64,000 bases of DNA. Source: Laetmonice hystrix (lineage: Eukaryota). The notes beneath the pieces were generated by a model. It ran no database searches. It was not told where the DNA came from and worked only from the letters and a program-made list of their open reading frames with translations. Where the stretch lies: the NCBI GenBank assembly GCA_965235115.1, contig OZ249436.1, positions 6,078,001 through 6,142,000 of the forward strand. Reading direction: 5' to 3'. Position 1 is the stretch's first letter, and the number at the start of each line of letters is the position of its first letter. Made by a program: the position numbers and the translations under genes. Below are positions 13,120-26,493 of this stretch, piece after piece.

Positions 13120-13759
13120 TCAGATCTCTGTCTGCGACAAACGTGGCTGTTGTCTGTAAGACTCGGCAGACAGTGACACGCATGCCGCTGACCTCAGATC
13201 TCTGTCTGCGACAAACCGTTGTCTGTAAGACTCGGCAGACAGTGACACGCATGCCGCTGGCCTCATATCTCTGTCTGCGACAAACTGTTGTCTGTAAGAC
13301 TCGGCAGACAGTGACACGCATGTCGCTGGCCTCAGATCTCTGTCTGCGACAAACATGTTGTCTGTAAGACTCGGCAGACAGTAACACGCATGCCGCTGGC
13401 CTCAGATCTCTGTCTGCGACAAACGTGGCTGCTGTCTGTAAGACTCGGCAGACAGTGACACGCATGCCGCTGGCCTCAGATCTCTGTCTGCGACAAACGT
13501 GGCTGCTGTCTGTAAGACTCGGCAGACAGTGACACGCATGCCGCTGGCCTCAGATCACTGTCTGCGACAAACTGTTGTCTGTAAGACTCGGCAGACAGTG
13601 ACACGCATGCCGCTGGCCTCAGATCTCTGTCTGCGACAAACTGTTGTCTGTAAGACTCGGCAGACAGTGACACGCATGCCGCTGGCCTCAGATCTCTGTC
13701 TGCGACAAACTGTTGTCTGTAAGACTCGGCAGACAGTGACACGCATGCTGCTGGCCTCA
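13120..13759. repeat. Minisatellite, 69-bp unit (75-bp variant), ~9 copies
   Basis: CAGATCTCTGTCTGCGACAAACTGTTGTCTGTAAGACTCGGCAGACAGTGACACGCATGCCGCTGGCCT. Confidence 0.97.
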
Positions 13760-13994
13760 TGATCACTGGACAGCCACGAAAGGTTTCAATGATGGATGGC
13801 TGGGCGGTGGTCCAGTATTGAGAGGTAGCATATTGAATATTCATAAACCAATTAGACATGCCAGACATATACAATATTATGCAGCACTACGGACCGAGAC
13901 CTTCAGTTCTCCCTCTTTAGGTCAGACAGAAGTTCAAGGCCTCAATTTTCAAAGTACCATATCCAACTCCTTCTCCGTCTTGTCCTCTTCCCCT

Positions 13995-14149
13995 TTCTTC
14001 TTCTTTTTCTTCTTTTTCTTCTTTTTCTTCTTCTTTTTCTTCTTCTTCTTCTTCTTCTTCTTCTTCTTCTTCTTCTTCTTCTTCTTCTTCTTCTTCTTCT
14101 TCTTCTTTTTCTTCTTCTTCTTCTTCTTCTTCTTCTTCTTCTTCTTCTT
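13995..14149. repeat. (TTC/GAA)n microsatellite, ~50 triplets with TTT interruptions
   Basis: Direct reading; produces the poly-Phe run in ORF 13818-14861. Confidence 0.99.
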
Positions 14150-14150
14150 G

Positions 14151-14763
14151 GTTGGTCAGTGCTCCCCGTACAGACGGTGGACGTTGGTCAGTGCTCCCCG
14201 TACAGACGGTGGACGTTGGTCAGTTCTCCCCGTACAGACGGTGGACGTTGGTCAGTGCTCCCCGTACAGACGGTGGACGTTGGTCAGTTCTCCCCGTACA
14301 GACGGTGGACGTTGGTCAGTGCTCCCCGTACAGACGGTGGACGTTGGTCAGTGCTCCCCGTACAGACGGTGGACGTTGGTCAGTTCTCCCCGTACAGACG
14401 GTGGACGTTGGTCAGTGCTCCCCGTACAGACGGTGGACGTTGGTCAGTGGTCCCCGTACAGACGGTGGACGTTGGTCAGTTCTCCCCGTACAGACGGTGG
14501 ACGTTGGTCAGTGCTCCCCGTACAGACGGTGGACGTTGGTCAGTGCTCCCCGTACAGACGGTGGACGTTGGTCAGTTCTCCCCGTACAGACGGTGGACGT
14601 TGGTCAGTTCTCCCCGTACAGACGGTGGACGTTGGTCAGTGCTCCCCGTACAGACGGTGGACGTTGGTCAGTGGTCCCCGTACAGACGGTGGACGTTGGT
14701 CAGTTCTCCCCGTACAGACGGTGGACGTTGGTCAGTGCTCCCCGTACAGACGGTGGACGTTGG
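14151..14763. repeat. Minisatellite, 32-bp unit x19
   Basis: GTTGGTCAGT(G/T)CTCCCCGTACAGACGGTGGAC; abuts the TTC tract. Confidence 0.98.
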
Positions 14764-15132
14764 CCGTTCTCCAGCGGTTGGCGAACAAACCGACAGTTGG
14801 CGAGGAACGCCACCGCCCCCAGCCTACCATCACATGTGTGCATACATACATGTATGTATAATGTAGCAGACCTTTTGTGCAAGTTCGCCGATTTTCCCGA
14901 CACAATGTCCCAACTATACACGGGAAAGTCTGACGTAAACCACAAAGGTTTTCCGAGTTCTATGAAAAATGCATTGCTCCTCTGCAGGGTGACTGCGGTA
15001 TAGGCTCACAACAGTGTTACAGTGAAGTGGTGTAAGTAGTAGATCGCTTGGGGCTTTGCATCAGGCTTAGTAATGCATTTCTCTCTGTAACTTCGCCGAC
15101 TTCACTGAAATGACCAAACCGGTTTGGTTGAT

Positions 15133-15256
15133 GTGCGTGTGTGGGTGCGGGTGTGGGTGGGTGTGTGGGTGCGGGTGTGGGTGCGGGTGTGGGTGCGGGT
15201 GTGGGTGCGGGTGTGGGTGTGGGTGTGTGGGTGTGTGGGTGCGGGTGTGCGGGTGT
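15133..15256. repeat. (GTGTGG/GTGCGG)n GT-rich repeat
   Basis: GTGTGGGTGCGG repeated. Confidence 0.93.
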
Positions 15257-15463
15257 ACACTGAGAGTGTGACCATATCCGAGTTAAAAGACCACTCAAGG
15301 GGACGTACAGTAAACAAGGCTTTCTCTGTAAATAATCCTGGCTGACGTGGTGGCTACTGTTTAATATGATGTGAATGAATGTTTTCTTTACATTGTGCCC
15401 GTTCTTAACGCACAATATTATCATATTAATCTGTTCAAAGATTGTTAGAACATAACACTACAA

Positions 15464-15623
15464 TTCTAATGGGGGAGCGGGGTGTTTTTAATGGGGGAGC
15501 GGGGTGTTTTTAATGGGGGAGCGGGGTGTTTTTTAATGGGGGAGCGGGGTGTTTTTTAATGGGGGAGCGGGGTGTTCTTAATGGGGGAGCGGGGTGTTCT
15601 TAATGGGGGAGCGGGGTGTTTTT
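15464..15623. repeat. Minisatellite, 22-23-bp unit x7
   Basis: TAATGGGGGAGCGGGGTGTTTT. Confidence 0.95.
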
Positions 15624-16975
15624 GTTTGTTTTTTAAGGGACGGGGCGAGGGTAGGCTGAAGTAAACCATCTTTCCTGTCACGAACGTGAACGCTGAGAGT
15701 TCCCACCTGTCGTTAGGACCGGCGTCTCGTCTTCTCGACTGATGATTGACACACACAGTTTGTAAAGCTGTAAAAGAACAAGCAGATCAATATGAGGCCG
15801 ACTTTGTCTCACAATACCGTGTTTTTTGGCGATGTTTTGGGGACGCCGTCCTACACGCCCACAAACTCGGCGTCCTGGGGTAGGGTTAAGTGTTTGTTGT
15901 TAAACAGCTGTGGGGTGATCTCATGGGGTGTATGCCAACATCATTGAACAGCAGCAGTGGCGAGCGTCGTGCAGCCATGCATGCACACAGCACGCACACA
16001 GCACGCACACAGTGTCACACGCGTGCGACACGGCGGAAGGTGGGCCAGGTACGGGTGGAGACGTCACTGGTTACCCCAACAGGTGGCGCTGTTACTCACC
16101 AGGGAACCCAGCGCACCCATCGGTCGTCTGTCGTTACTGTTTGAACAACGGGTACAGCGAACGGGAAGTATTAAAACAATAGAAAGATCTCAATGAAAGA
16201 ACCAGCCAGTTCTTACCATCTCACAATCTCTAGCTTATATAGTATGAGAAACTTGTTCTATAGAGTCAAAAGTTACGGTGCATGCCTTCCACTAAGAAAA
16301 GGCTGTGTGACAATTTGACACTCTACTCGAGTCGGTATCCACGACTTTAAAAGAGAGGTTTTTATATCTGAATAAATTCTTAGTAATTACAAATATTATG
16401 ATTTAAATAATAAAAAAGATGTAAACCACGACAGAGAACATGTAAGAGTAGAAAATCGACCTGACGCCGCAGCGCTTCCATGGGCCGGGAGTGTGGATCC
16501 GCCAGAGATCTGATCGAACTACTACATCATTGCCTTATAACACTTGGATCCGATTACAACTGTGTCATTCTGGGCCCCACAGATCACCCTCATTAATCAA
16601 CGCCATTGATCAGCTGTTAACAATAGCTGACACGTGTACATACGAACCTGACCCATTGTGTAGCGGGCCTGGCATGGGGGACAGGCCGGCCGCCCGGCCC
16701 GCCCCGGCCGCCCCGGCCTGGATACACCGAGTCGGGCCGGTCGCCGACTCGTGTACCATTTGTCGTCTTCATCCTCTGTGTACACCATCACTTCCAGCGT
16801 CGCTCTGCCCCCTCCGCCTGTCAACCGACCGACAAAGGTGTGTGACAACATGTTTGTTTATTCATATGGAGTACCCCCACTTCTCTCATCGATCACCTTA
16901 CCGGAATTCGGGCCGTCATCGGGCATTGTTGGCCGGGCGGGGGCCGACACGGCCTCCGATCCGGTCCGGGGTCAT

Positions 16976-17421
16976 CCTCCCCCTCGGCCCCGGGACCTGT
17001 CCCTCCTCCCGGCCGGCTGACCGTCCTGTCCCCGCGGCCGGCTGACTGACCACGTGGACTGACCGTCCTGATACATCCTCCCCTCGGTCCCGGGATCCCG
17101 GAACCTGTCCCCCTCCCGGCCCCCGGGATCCCGGGACCTGTCCCCCCTTCCGGCCGGCTGGCTGACCGTCCTGATACATCCTCCCCCTCGGCCCCCGGGA
17201 TCCCGGCCTGATACATGTGATCGCAGGACCTCCACCCGTCCGTGTGGCCACATTCTGTGTTTACTCGGCCGGCTGACTGACCGTCCTGATACATGTGATC
17301 GCAGGACCTCCACCCGTCCGTGTGGCCACATTCTGTGTTTACTCGGCCGGCTGACTGACCGTCCTGATACATGTGACCACACGGACACCCGTCCTTGTGG
17401 CCACATTCTCTGTTTACTCGG
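16976..17421. repeat. Compound GC-rich repeat grading into a 78-bp unit x~3
   Basis: Shuffled modules CCTCCCCCTCGG, GGGATCCCGG and GCTGACCGTCCTGATACAT; CCTGATACATGTGA recurs at ~17207, 17285 and 17363. Confidence 0.88.
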
Positions 17422-17550
17422 CACATATAATCGATGTTTATGTAATTTATCATGGGACGGTAGTGAAGCGTGATGAATGAGCCAATGTGACCGTTGTATC
17501 AGTCGGGGATCTCTGTTTGCCGCCTCTAATGTCAATGGTGAGCGAGGGGG

Positions 17551-18988
17551 CACACCCATCACACTCACACCCATCACACTCACACCGGTCACACTCACAC
17601 CCGTCACACTCACACCCATCACACTCACACCCATCACTCACACCCGTCACACTCACACCCGTCACACTCACACCCGTCACACTCACACCCGTCACACTCA
17701 CACCCATCACACTCACACCCATCACTCACACCCGTCACACTCACACCCGTCACACTCACACCCATCACACTCACACCCATCACACTCACACCCATCACTC
17801 ACACCCGTCACACTCACACCCGTCACACTCACACCCGTCACACTCACACCCGTCACACTCACACCCGTCACACTCACACCCATCACACTCACACCCATCA
17901 CAATCAAACCCGTCACACTCACACCCATCACACTCACACCCATCACACCCATCACACTCACACCCGTCACACTCACACCCGTCACACTCACCCGTCACTC
18001 ACACCCGTCACACTCACACCCGTCACACTCACACCCGTCACACTCACACCCGTCACACTCACACCCGTCACACTCACACCCGTCACACTCACACCCGTCA
18101 CACTCACCCATCACTCACACCTGTCACACTCACCCATCACTCACACCCGTCACACTCACACCCGTCACACTCACACCCGTCACACTCACACCCGTCACAC
18201 TCACACCCATCACCCTCACACCCGTCACACTCACACCCGTCACACTCACACCCGTCACACTCACACCCGTCACCCTCACACCCATCACACTCACACCCGT
18301 CACACTCACACCCGTCACACTCACACCCGTCACGCTCACACCCGTCACGCTCACCCATCACTCACACCCATCACACTCACACCCATCACACTCACACCCA
18401 TCACACTCACACCCGTCACACTCATACCCGTCACACTCACACCGGTCACACTCACACCCGTCACACTCACACCCGTCACACTCACACCCGTCACACTCAC
18501 ACCGGTCACACTCACACCGGTCACACTCACACCCGTCACACTCACACCCATCACACTCACACCCATCACACTCACACCCGTCACACTCACACCCGTCACA
18601 CTCACCCATCACTCACACCCATCACTCACACCCGTCACACTCAAACCCGTCACACTCACACCCGTCACACTCAAACCCGTCACACTCACACCCATCACAC
18701 TCACACCCATCACACCCACACCCATCACACCCACACCCATCACACTCACACCCGTCACACTCACACCCGTCACACTCACACCCGTCACGCTCACACCCGT
18801 CACGCTCACCCATCACTCACACCCATCACACTCACACCCATCACACTCACACCCATCACACTCACACCCGTCACACTCATACCCGTCACACTCACACCCG
18901 TCACACTCACACCCGTCACACTCACACCCGTCACACTCACACCCGTCACACTCACACCCGTCACACTCACACCCGTCACACTCACACA
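17551..18988. repeat. Minisatellite, 15-bp unit, ~95 copies
   Basis: CACACCC(G/A)TCACACT with 13-bp variants lacking one CA. Confidence 0.98.
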
Positions 18989-19654
18989 CCCCATACAGTG
19001 GCGGGGGGTACCCCCTCACAGTCACACCCATCACACACACAGACACCCGGATGGGGGAGGGTGAAGGAGCACATTCAACCCGTAGCAATGCAGCGTGAGA
19101 GTATCAAGGAGGGACTCGCGTCCACTGCACGTGCAGACGCGTTATTCCCATATTGAACTTGTCAGTTCGCCTTTATTTACAAAATCTGCCATATTTCCGA
19201 TCTGTTATAAAGTGGAGGGCTGCAGTTGGTGGATTATAAAACACACGTGTCGTCCTATGTTATACACGCTGCCTCTGTATACATGTACTGTCCCGTTATA
19301 CCACACCCAGAACGATCTATCAATCTGCTGCCAACATCTACACAGACATTCCACTACATGTACATGTAAACCTACATTACATTTACACATTCAGCCGAGG
19401 TATACTCAACTGTCGAAGTCTTCTAGTTCTGTGATAGGAGTCCTAGGAAGGTCAGGCGAGGTAAACAGAATCGGTCAGTTTCTTGTAGAAATCTTCTAAA
19501 TTGTCTCGTTTCCCCGAAAGTATATGTAAACTGGTCATACACTTTTTTATAATTTGGTTATTAAGAAATGTCAGCAGCGATCCTATCACTTAGTATACAT
19601 TATATCGAAGACAGAGACTGTTAGTTTTAGAGAGTAGTGGTAAAGCGTAAAATG

Positions 19655-20297
19655 TAAGAATGGCCAACGTTTTGGCACAAAGGACAATCAGTTTGTTGAG
19701 ATATAAGAATGGCCAACGTTTTAGCACAAAGGACAACCAGTTTGTTGAGATATAAGAATGGCCAACGTTTTAGCACAAAGGACAACCAGTTTGTTGAGAT
19801 ATAAGAATGTCCAACGTTTTAGCACAATGAACAACCAGTTTGTTGAGATATAAAAATGGCCAACGTTTTAGCACAAAGGACAACCAGTTTGTTGAGATAT
19901 AATAATGACCAACGTTTTAGCACAAAGGACAACCAGTTTGTTGAGATATAAGAATGTCCGACGTTTTAGAACAAATGACAACCAGTTTGTTGAGATATAA
20001 GAATGGCCAACGTTTTAGAACAAATGACAACCAGTTTGTTGAGATATAAGAATGGCCAACGTTTTAGAACAAATGACAACCGGTTTGTTGAGATATAAGA
20101 ATGACCAACATTTTAGCACAAAGGACAACCAGTTTGTTGAGATATAAGAATGGCCAACGTTTTAGCACAAAGGACAACCAGTTTGTTGAGATATAAGAAT
20201 GTCCAACGTTTTAGCACAAAGGACAACCAGTTTGTTGAGATATAAGAATGTCCGACGTTTTAGCACAATGGACAACCAGTTTGTTGAGATATAAGAA
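19655..20297. repeat. Minisatellite, 49-bp unit x13
   Basis: TAAGAATGGCCAACGTTTTAGCACAAAGGACAACCAGTTTGTTGAGATA; starts and ends with TAAGAA. Confidence 0.98.
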
Positions 20298-21580
20298 ACA
20301 ATAATTGTGAACTCGTTACTCGGTACAGACTCCATGTTTATTATACTCACCCCCCAATGTCATCCTGCCGTCCGTTCTCAGGTAGTTTCTGTTAATTACC
20401 ACCAGGACGAGCGCTCTGACTGCACCTTGTCCTGCTGGGACAGAGGGAGACAGGAAGACAGGGAGACAGGGAGACAGACGCCCTCTTCCCGGTCTCCATA
20501 ACACCGACCGCCCTGATGGCCGCTCGACGACACTTCGGCAATCAGTTCATTATAATCACGGCACTCTGAAACATCTTGGCATTGAAGGTGGCTATATCAA
20601 TCAGTTTGACACTCGTATCATTTTATTTTTAACTGTCTCTGCAGCTCAATATTTTTGGTGTCTACTTCAACGTTTATCAAAACGGAGAAGAAAGAATTAA
20701 AGTCTCTTTGCGTGTTGTGTGATACAAGTATAATATCATGGGTGTTTTTTTAAATAATTTACAATAGCCGTGGGTATTATATATTTCATAGAGTAGATTC
20801 AGGTAATATTTCCTCATGGCGGACCCTTTATGTCTGTGTCCCTGTCATGTCGACAGGACGGGTGAATGATATTACCCCATCCAAGCCATTTATAACAATG
20901 TATAGGTTATCAGAGATTGTGTCAGAAGTTACCCCCTACACGGCATGCACGTGGTTGGAACCCCTTCCATTGAAGGACCTATACTTGACGTGTCAGTGTT
21001 TACTTACCGTTGCATGGAGCGTTTCTGGTTGCCGTCCGCTCATATAGAACGATACGAAACAGAGGGTTGAAGTGTGGAAGATGAGTAAATGCTGATTAAA
21101 TCTGCTAATTATTGTTGATAACTGCATCAGCAAGGCTCGTGGTTTGTAAACCATCGGAGCGCGGAGACGATAGACTTCACCAACTGCTTGAACAATAAAT
21201 CTCTAACCTACATGTCCACGGTTTGTTGTGATATCCCAAGCCTCAAGTGTTTCCTTTGTCTGTTAGTTGAGAGAAGTTGACGCCTTTCTCTGTGATATAT
21301 AACTATCTGCACTATATGATAAGATAATAGGCCCTGTGCCCCACGAAGATTTACAAAGTTGGCCCCTTGTGCTCTCGTCGCGTCTTGACGCGTGCCCCTA
21401 TCATAATGCATGAACGATATTAGCTGCTGCACAAGTTGGTCCCTCTTTGTGAGATGTTTAGCAAACCCCATGTAGGACGAATCCATGAGATAACTTTGGT
21501 TTATGGATATAGTATGCAGATATAAAATACTGTAAGTATAGAGAGTTAAATTAATGATATGATAGATAGTGTTTGCGTAC

Positions 21581-22150
21581 CCTGGTGTGGAGGACGAATC
21601 CAGACCCTGGTCGCGGCGGTAGAAGTCAGACATGACGTGTTCCGGTGTGGAGGACGAATCCAGACCCTGGTCGCGGCGGTAGAAGTCAGACATGACGTGT
21701 TCCGGTGTGGACGACGAATCCAGACCCTGGTCGCGGCGGTAGAAGTCAGACATGACGTGTTCCGGTGTGGACGACGAATCCAGACCCTGGTCGCGGCGGT
21801 AGAAGTCAGACATGACGTGTTCCGGTCAGACATGACGTGTTCCACCCAGACCCTGGTTGCGGCGGTAGAAGTCAGACATGACGTGTTCCGGTGTGGAGGA
21901 CGAATCCAGACCCTGGTCGCGGCGGTAGAAGTCAGACATGACGTGTTCCGGTGTGGAGGACCAATCCAGACCCTGGTCGCGGCGGTAGAAGTCAGACATG
22001 ACGTGTTCCGATGAGGACGACGAATCCAGACCCTGGTCGCGGCGGTAGAAGTCAGACATGACGTGTTCCGGTGTGGACGACGAATCCAGACCCTGGTCGC
22101 GGCGGTAGAAGTCAGACATGACGTGCTCCGGTGTGGAGGACGAATCCAGA
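21581..22150. repeat. Minisatellite, 60-bp unit, ~9.5 copies with one rearranged unit
   Basis: CCGGTGTGGAGGACGAATCCAGACCCTGGTCGCGGCGGTAGAAGTCAGACATGACGTGTT; consecutive 60-nt lines align. Confidence 0.98.
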
Positions 22151-22847
22151 CAGGTTTTCGGAGGAATATTTCCGGTTTGTCTTGACGTGATGACATTCTT
22201 CGACTTGTCGATGATAGCTACTGGCAAAGGCCGAGGATGTCTTCAAATGTTGACATTACTCTTCAAAATGTGACCGACGGTGACAGGCGTACAGTGTACT
22301 ATTGTATACTGTATACTGTAGGGGGGCCTATACGGCACCCCTTCTACCCCACAGCACCAGACATACCGGAGGGGGCGAAAACCACCTTACATCAGGGAGC
22401 CACGTCGTGCACTCACGGGCTGCTCGACCGACCGGCTTGCCTAACTTGGGGGCACAACACAAGGTGCCTTTTATGTAAAGATACATATGTCCTCTTAGTG
22501 GCTCATTAGCATTGACAAAAATGTCGGGGGCCAACTTCCGAGAGTCATTTGTGTGTTATGAGGTTCACGCCGCACGAGTTATTGGCGATGACCCGGGAGA
22601 GGCTATCGGCGACGCGAGTGTGTAGCTCTGGGAAATAGTTCTCATTGATGTACTTCGTCCCTGCTCGGTGCTCAATGTTACCAGTCACGTGACGGGTGGT
22701 CGACCACTCACCTCACAACAATCGACCAGGAATAAGTTTGGCAAAGATAGTGGTGCGCTCGGAGCGTGCTCATTACTAAGCAATGGGGAGGTACCTCGGG
22801 GGTATGTCTGCGCGAAGGGCAGGCACCCGTCGGGTCGGAGCACCGTC

Positions 22848-23429
22848 TGGACATTTTTAAGTCTATCGTTTCATCTAGGGGAAACTGTGGACATTTTTAA
22901 GTCCTTCGTTTTATCTATAGAGGAAACTGTGGACATTTTTAAGTCCATCGTTTCATCTATAGAGGAAATTGTGGACATTTTTAAGTCCATTGTTTCATCT
23001 ATATATAGGGGAAACTGTGGACATTTTTAAGTCCATCGTTTTATCTATAGAGGAAACGTGGACATTTTTAAGTCCATTGTTTCATCTATAGAGGAAACTG
23101 TGGACATTTTTAAGTCCATCGTTTCATCTATAGAGGAAACTGTGGACATTTTTAAGTCCATCGTTTCATCTATAGAGGAAACTGTGGACATTTTTAAGTC
23201 CATCGTTTCATCTATAGAGGAAACTGTGGACATTTTTAAGTCCATCGTTTTATCTATAGAGGAAACTGTGGACATTTTTAAGTCCATCGTTTCATCTATA
23301 GAGGAAACTGTGGACATTTTTAAGTCCATCGTTTTATCTATAGAGGAAACTGTGGACATTTTTAAGTCCATCGTTTCATCTATAGAGGAAACTGTGGACA
23401 TTTTTAAGTCCATCGTTTCATCTATAGAG
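22848..23429. repeat. Minisatellite, 42-bp unit x14
   Basis: TGGACATTTTTAAGTCCATCGTTTCATCTATAGAGGAAACTG. Confidence 0.98.
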
Positions 23430-26400
23430 TCAATAGTCAATAGTCACCAAGGTTGCGGTGCTCTCGATATTATAACATTATTTCCATTTTCCACTGGTTT
23501 CCTATTTCTTGTAAGTTAATGAGTGTTCGAGCAGCTGCATTTGTAGGATATGAGAAAATGCCCGGGGTCCAAAAATATAAGGTAAGGGTAAATGTAAAAT
23601 GAGTTTTGAAAGGAAACAAGTAACTAGCACCCGACCAGCATACTTAATATGATAGCTCCCCCTGGAATAAAGTCGTTCTGTTGGAAGCACGGTTTAAGTT
23701 TCACACAGTCATAATAGTCAGATCTATTTATAAAAATGAGGGAACCCCCCAAGTAGATCCCCAGCAGGAATTTTAGTCGTCAGATCAAAAAGGCGCCTGT
23801 TTTTATAAAGTGTGAAGGGAGAGTGAGCCTCTGGTAATTCTCGTTTGTGAAATGAACCGACACCACTATTTACACCGAGGGGTTAGAGAACGCATACATT
23901 GGTGTAAATAAAGCGACGTAAGAGTTAATAAATCTTTGCTACCAAGAAAAAAGTTCTGTCACCACTGTCTTCAAGGGGTGTCTACTCTGTGATGAGGAGT
24001 CGTACATGAGAGCTGGTTTCGTTTCACTTCGAGTTCTTTCTGGGCAATGAGACATAGTACGTGCAAGGAGACTATTGGTCTCGTTGGTACAGGGGAAGGG
24101 AATCTACCATAGAGCGTTGTGACTAATAACTAGACTGGAGATGGTTCGTATCTGGTTGGTATATACCATAATATCAAACACCATGTACTTCAGGCTGTAG
24201 ACAAGGGTCAGGAATTTGTTGAATGTATTTATTATGCTCGATGTCTATAGTGCAGGCCAGCAGGGCCGCCTTTTGTAGCAATGGAAGATCCCAACTTTTC
24301 CACACAGAAGGCATGTCAGGTCATTAGGAATCGTGCTTTCTGCTTAGGAAGGAAAAACGTCTTGAGTATTATTATTCGACCACACCTTCGTTAAACATGA
24401 GTTGACTGAGTAATCGTTACTCAGTAAATTACAACTCAGCACTAACAATGATCAAACAAGGCAAGATTAGAGTTGTTAATTTTGTCAACTGTATTGGTTA
24501 TGACAAGTGATTGATTTCCTCATACAGAGTACTGAGGACGAACAAGTTTATTAGCACCCCAGTATGTGAACAGATTTCGACATTTATGACCGACAGGACA
24601 TGCATATCCACAAGACAAAAGTATGTGCGTTGCCTGCAGTCTATGTACATGCTGTCAATGACATATGACGACCATCATGTTCGGTTAGACCTCGGGAGAT
24701 ATACGAATAGGTCCTCGCTGAGCGTGTTTTCGTCATTGTAGTTCTTGTTGAATGGTGGAGTGCCAAAGTGCATATCTACTTGGCAATAAAAGGGTCCACC
24801 CTGACCCTGCAGTGTCATCAGACAATAGATAATGACTCAACATAACACTATTGTTTGCATGTTACCGTGCTAAGTGTCCATGGACGACAATTACCACAAT
24901 AGCCTGCGTTTTTCTACGTTAATGTAACTCATTGAGCGTCAGAAAGAGGCAGCAGCTTTAGGGCAGAAACGTTGGTACCAAGACCTTGCCTTCCACGCCG
25001 AATCCTAGGGCGGTTAGGCTCATTAACACGTATGACGGGTTACTCGTTACGTTATGACCTCTCGGCTCATATTTTTTGGGAAACATTTGGTGGTATCTTG
25101 GCCCTCGACCTAATCACCGCCAGATGGCGTGCGGCTGTGCGAACCGCGCTGTTGCGTGAGGTTTGATACCTCTGTAATTATTCATCGGGACGGGTCAAGC
25201 GACGACTGCTCCGAGCACCAACTCTTGCAACATATGTGTGCGGTGAACGAGAGGCCTGTTCAAACATATGTCAACGCCGCGTTGTTATGAGGCTTCTGGG
25301 CTCTAATTGATGTGAGCAATTATCTGCTCAGATTTATAGTGATGGCTATTGAGGGCGGGGTTTGTATGGTATTGAACAGACTCAAACATGACGGCATGTA
25401 CGTACCATAACTCATTATAATAAAACTATCCGTCCTTCTATGTACCGCTTGTAGAGTCCGTCACAGTCAAACACACATTGAAAGCTTCGATAGGGTTAGA
25501 AATGAAACACTAATGACTTTAGGTGTTGAAATATTAATAAGTGCCTTACATAAAGAGACTATATAAATATATAATTTTAGTTAACGGTTTCTCATCTACA
25601 ATTGCATGCCTTCGTTAAGGCAGCATTGACAGGAAGAAATGTACAGACAATGCATGCTAAAACGCCATGTCATATATTGTATATAGTCTTCCTTATATCT
25701 CGGTGCCAGTTCGCCTCAAATCTCCCTCTGTTTGCAGTATATGTTCTCGGATTTTTTGTATCCTCATATAATCATGTTCCTTTTCACGTCTGGCAAATGT
25801 AGTTCTCTCTCTGCTAAACAGAAAGCCGTGAAATCGAATGAGCCACCACATCAGGCTGTCTCAGAAAATGCACCAAACGGGCCAAAATACAGTTTGCTTC
25901 CAGTTATAATTAGGTTAGTAAGGCTCGTTCCCCCAAACCAAAAACATCAATTAGAAAATGAACGTTCACGAGAGACGATAATTATAGTGGAGAATCAGTT
26001 GCAGGCAAATGATGCTTGTAACCGAAGTGCTCATCCGACTGGTGAGCTGCGTGTTACGATGGCTTGCACGGCAAGACAAATGGTTGCTTTGTTTTCACAT
26101 AAACTAATCAATATAATTAGACGGTGGCCGTGTGGTTTTACTGAGCTCCTCAGATGAGTGAGTGTCGACCGAACCGCCGCTGGTACCCACAAATAACCCA
26201 CCGTCCTAGGAATAGATAACAGAGAGATAAGAAGCCAAGTGAGAGATGGGCCATTGTTTGCCACACAAAACATGCTTGTAATTAGAACTGTTGAGTTTGT
26301 TTTCCCCTCCCTAGGTAACCTGTAATTTGTTGAAGATTACAGAGTGTAATGTCGGGGGAAGGCCTAGTTGACGTATCGCGTGTCTCAATCCCAACCCGTT

Positions 26401-26493
26401 CGTTTCGTCTTTTACGTCATGTAGTGTTTTACCATCGTTATCATTGCGTCTCCTAGTGCTGAATATAACCCGGGGACTTCCTGTCCTGCTATC

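Noticed and set aside
13818..15003. Poly-Phe ORF and overlapping long ORFs
   Set aside because: Microsatellite plus 32-bp array read-through.
17477..19156. 559/525-aa His/Thr/Pro-rich ORFs and minus-strand (CECDG)n metallothionein-like ORFs
   Set aside because: Translations of a 15-bp repeat lacking stops; frames shift freely at 13-bp units, so there is no frame conservation.
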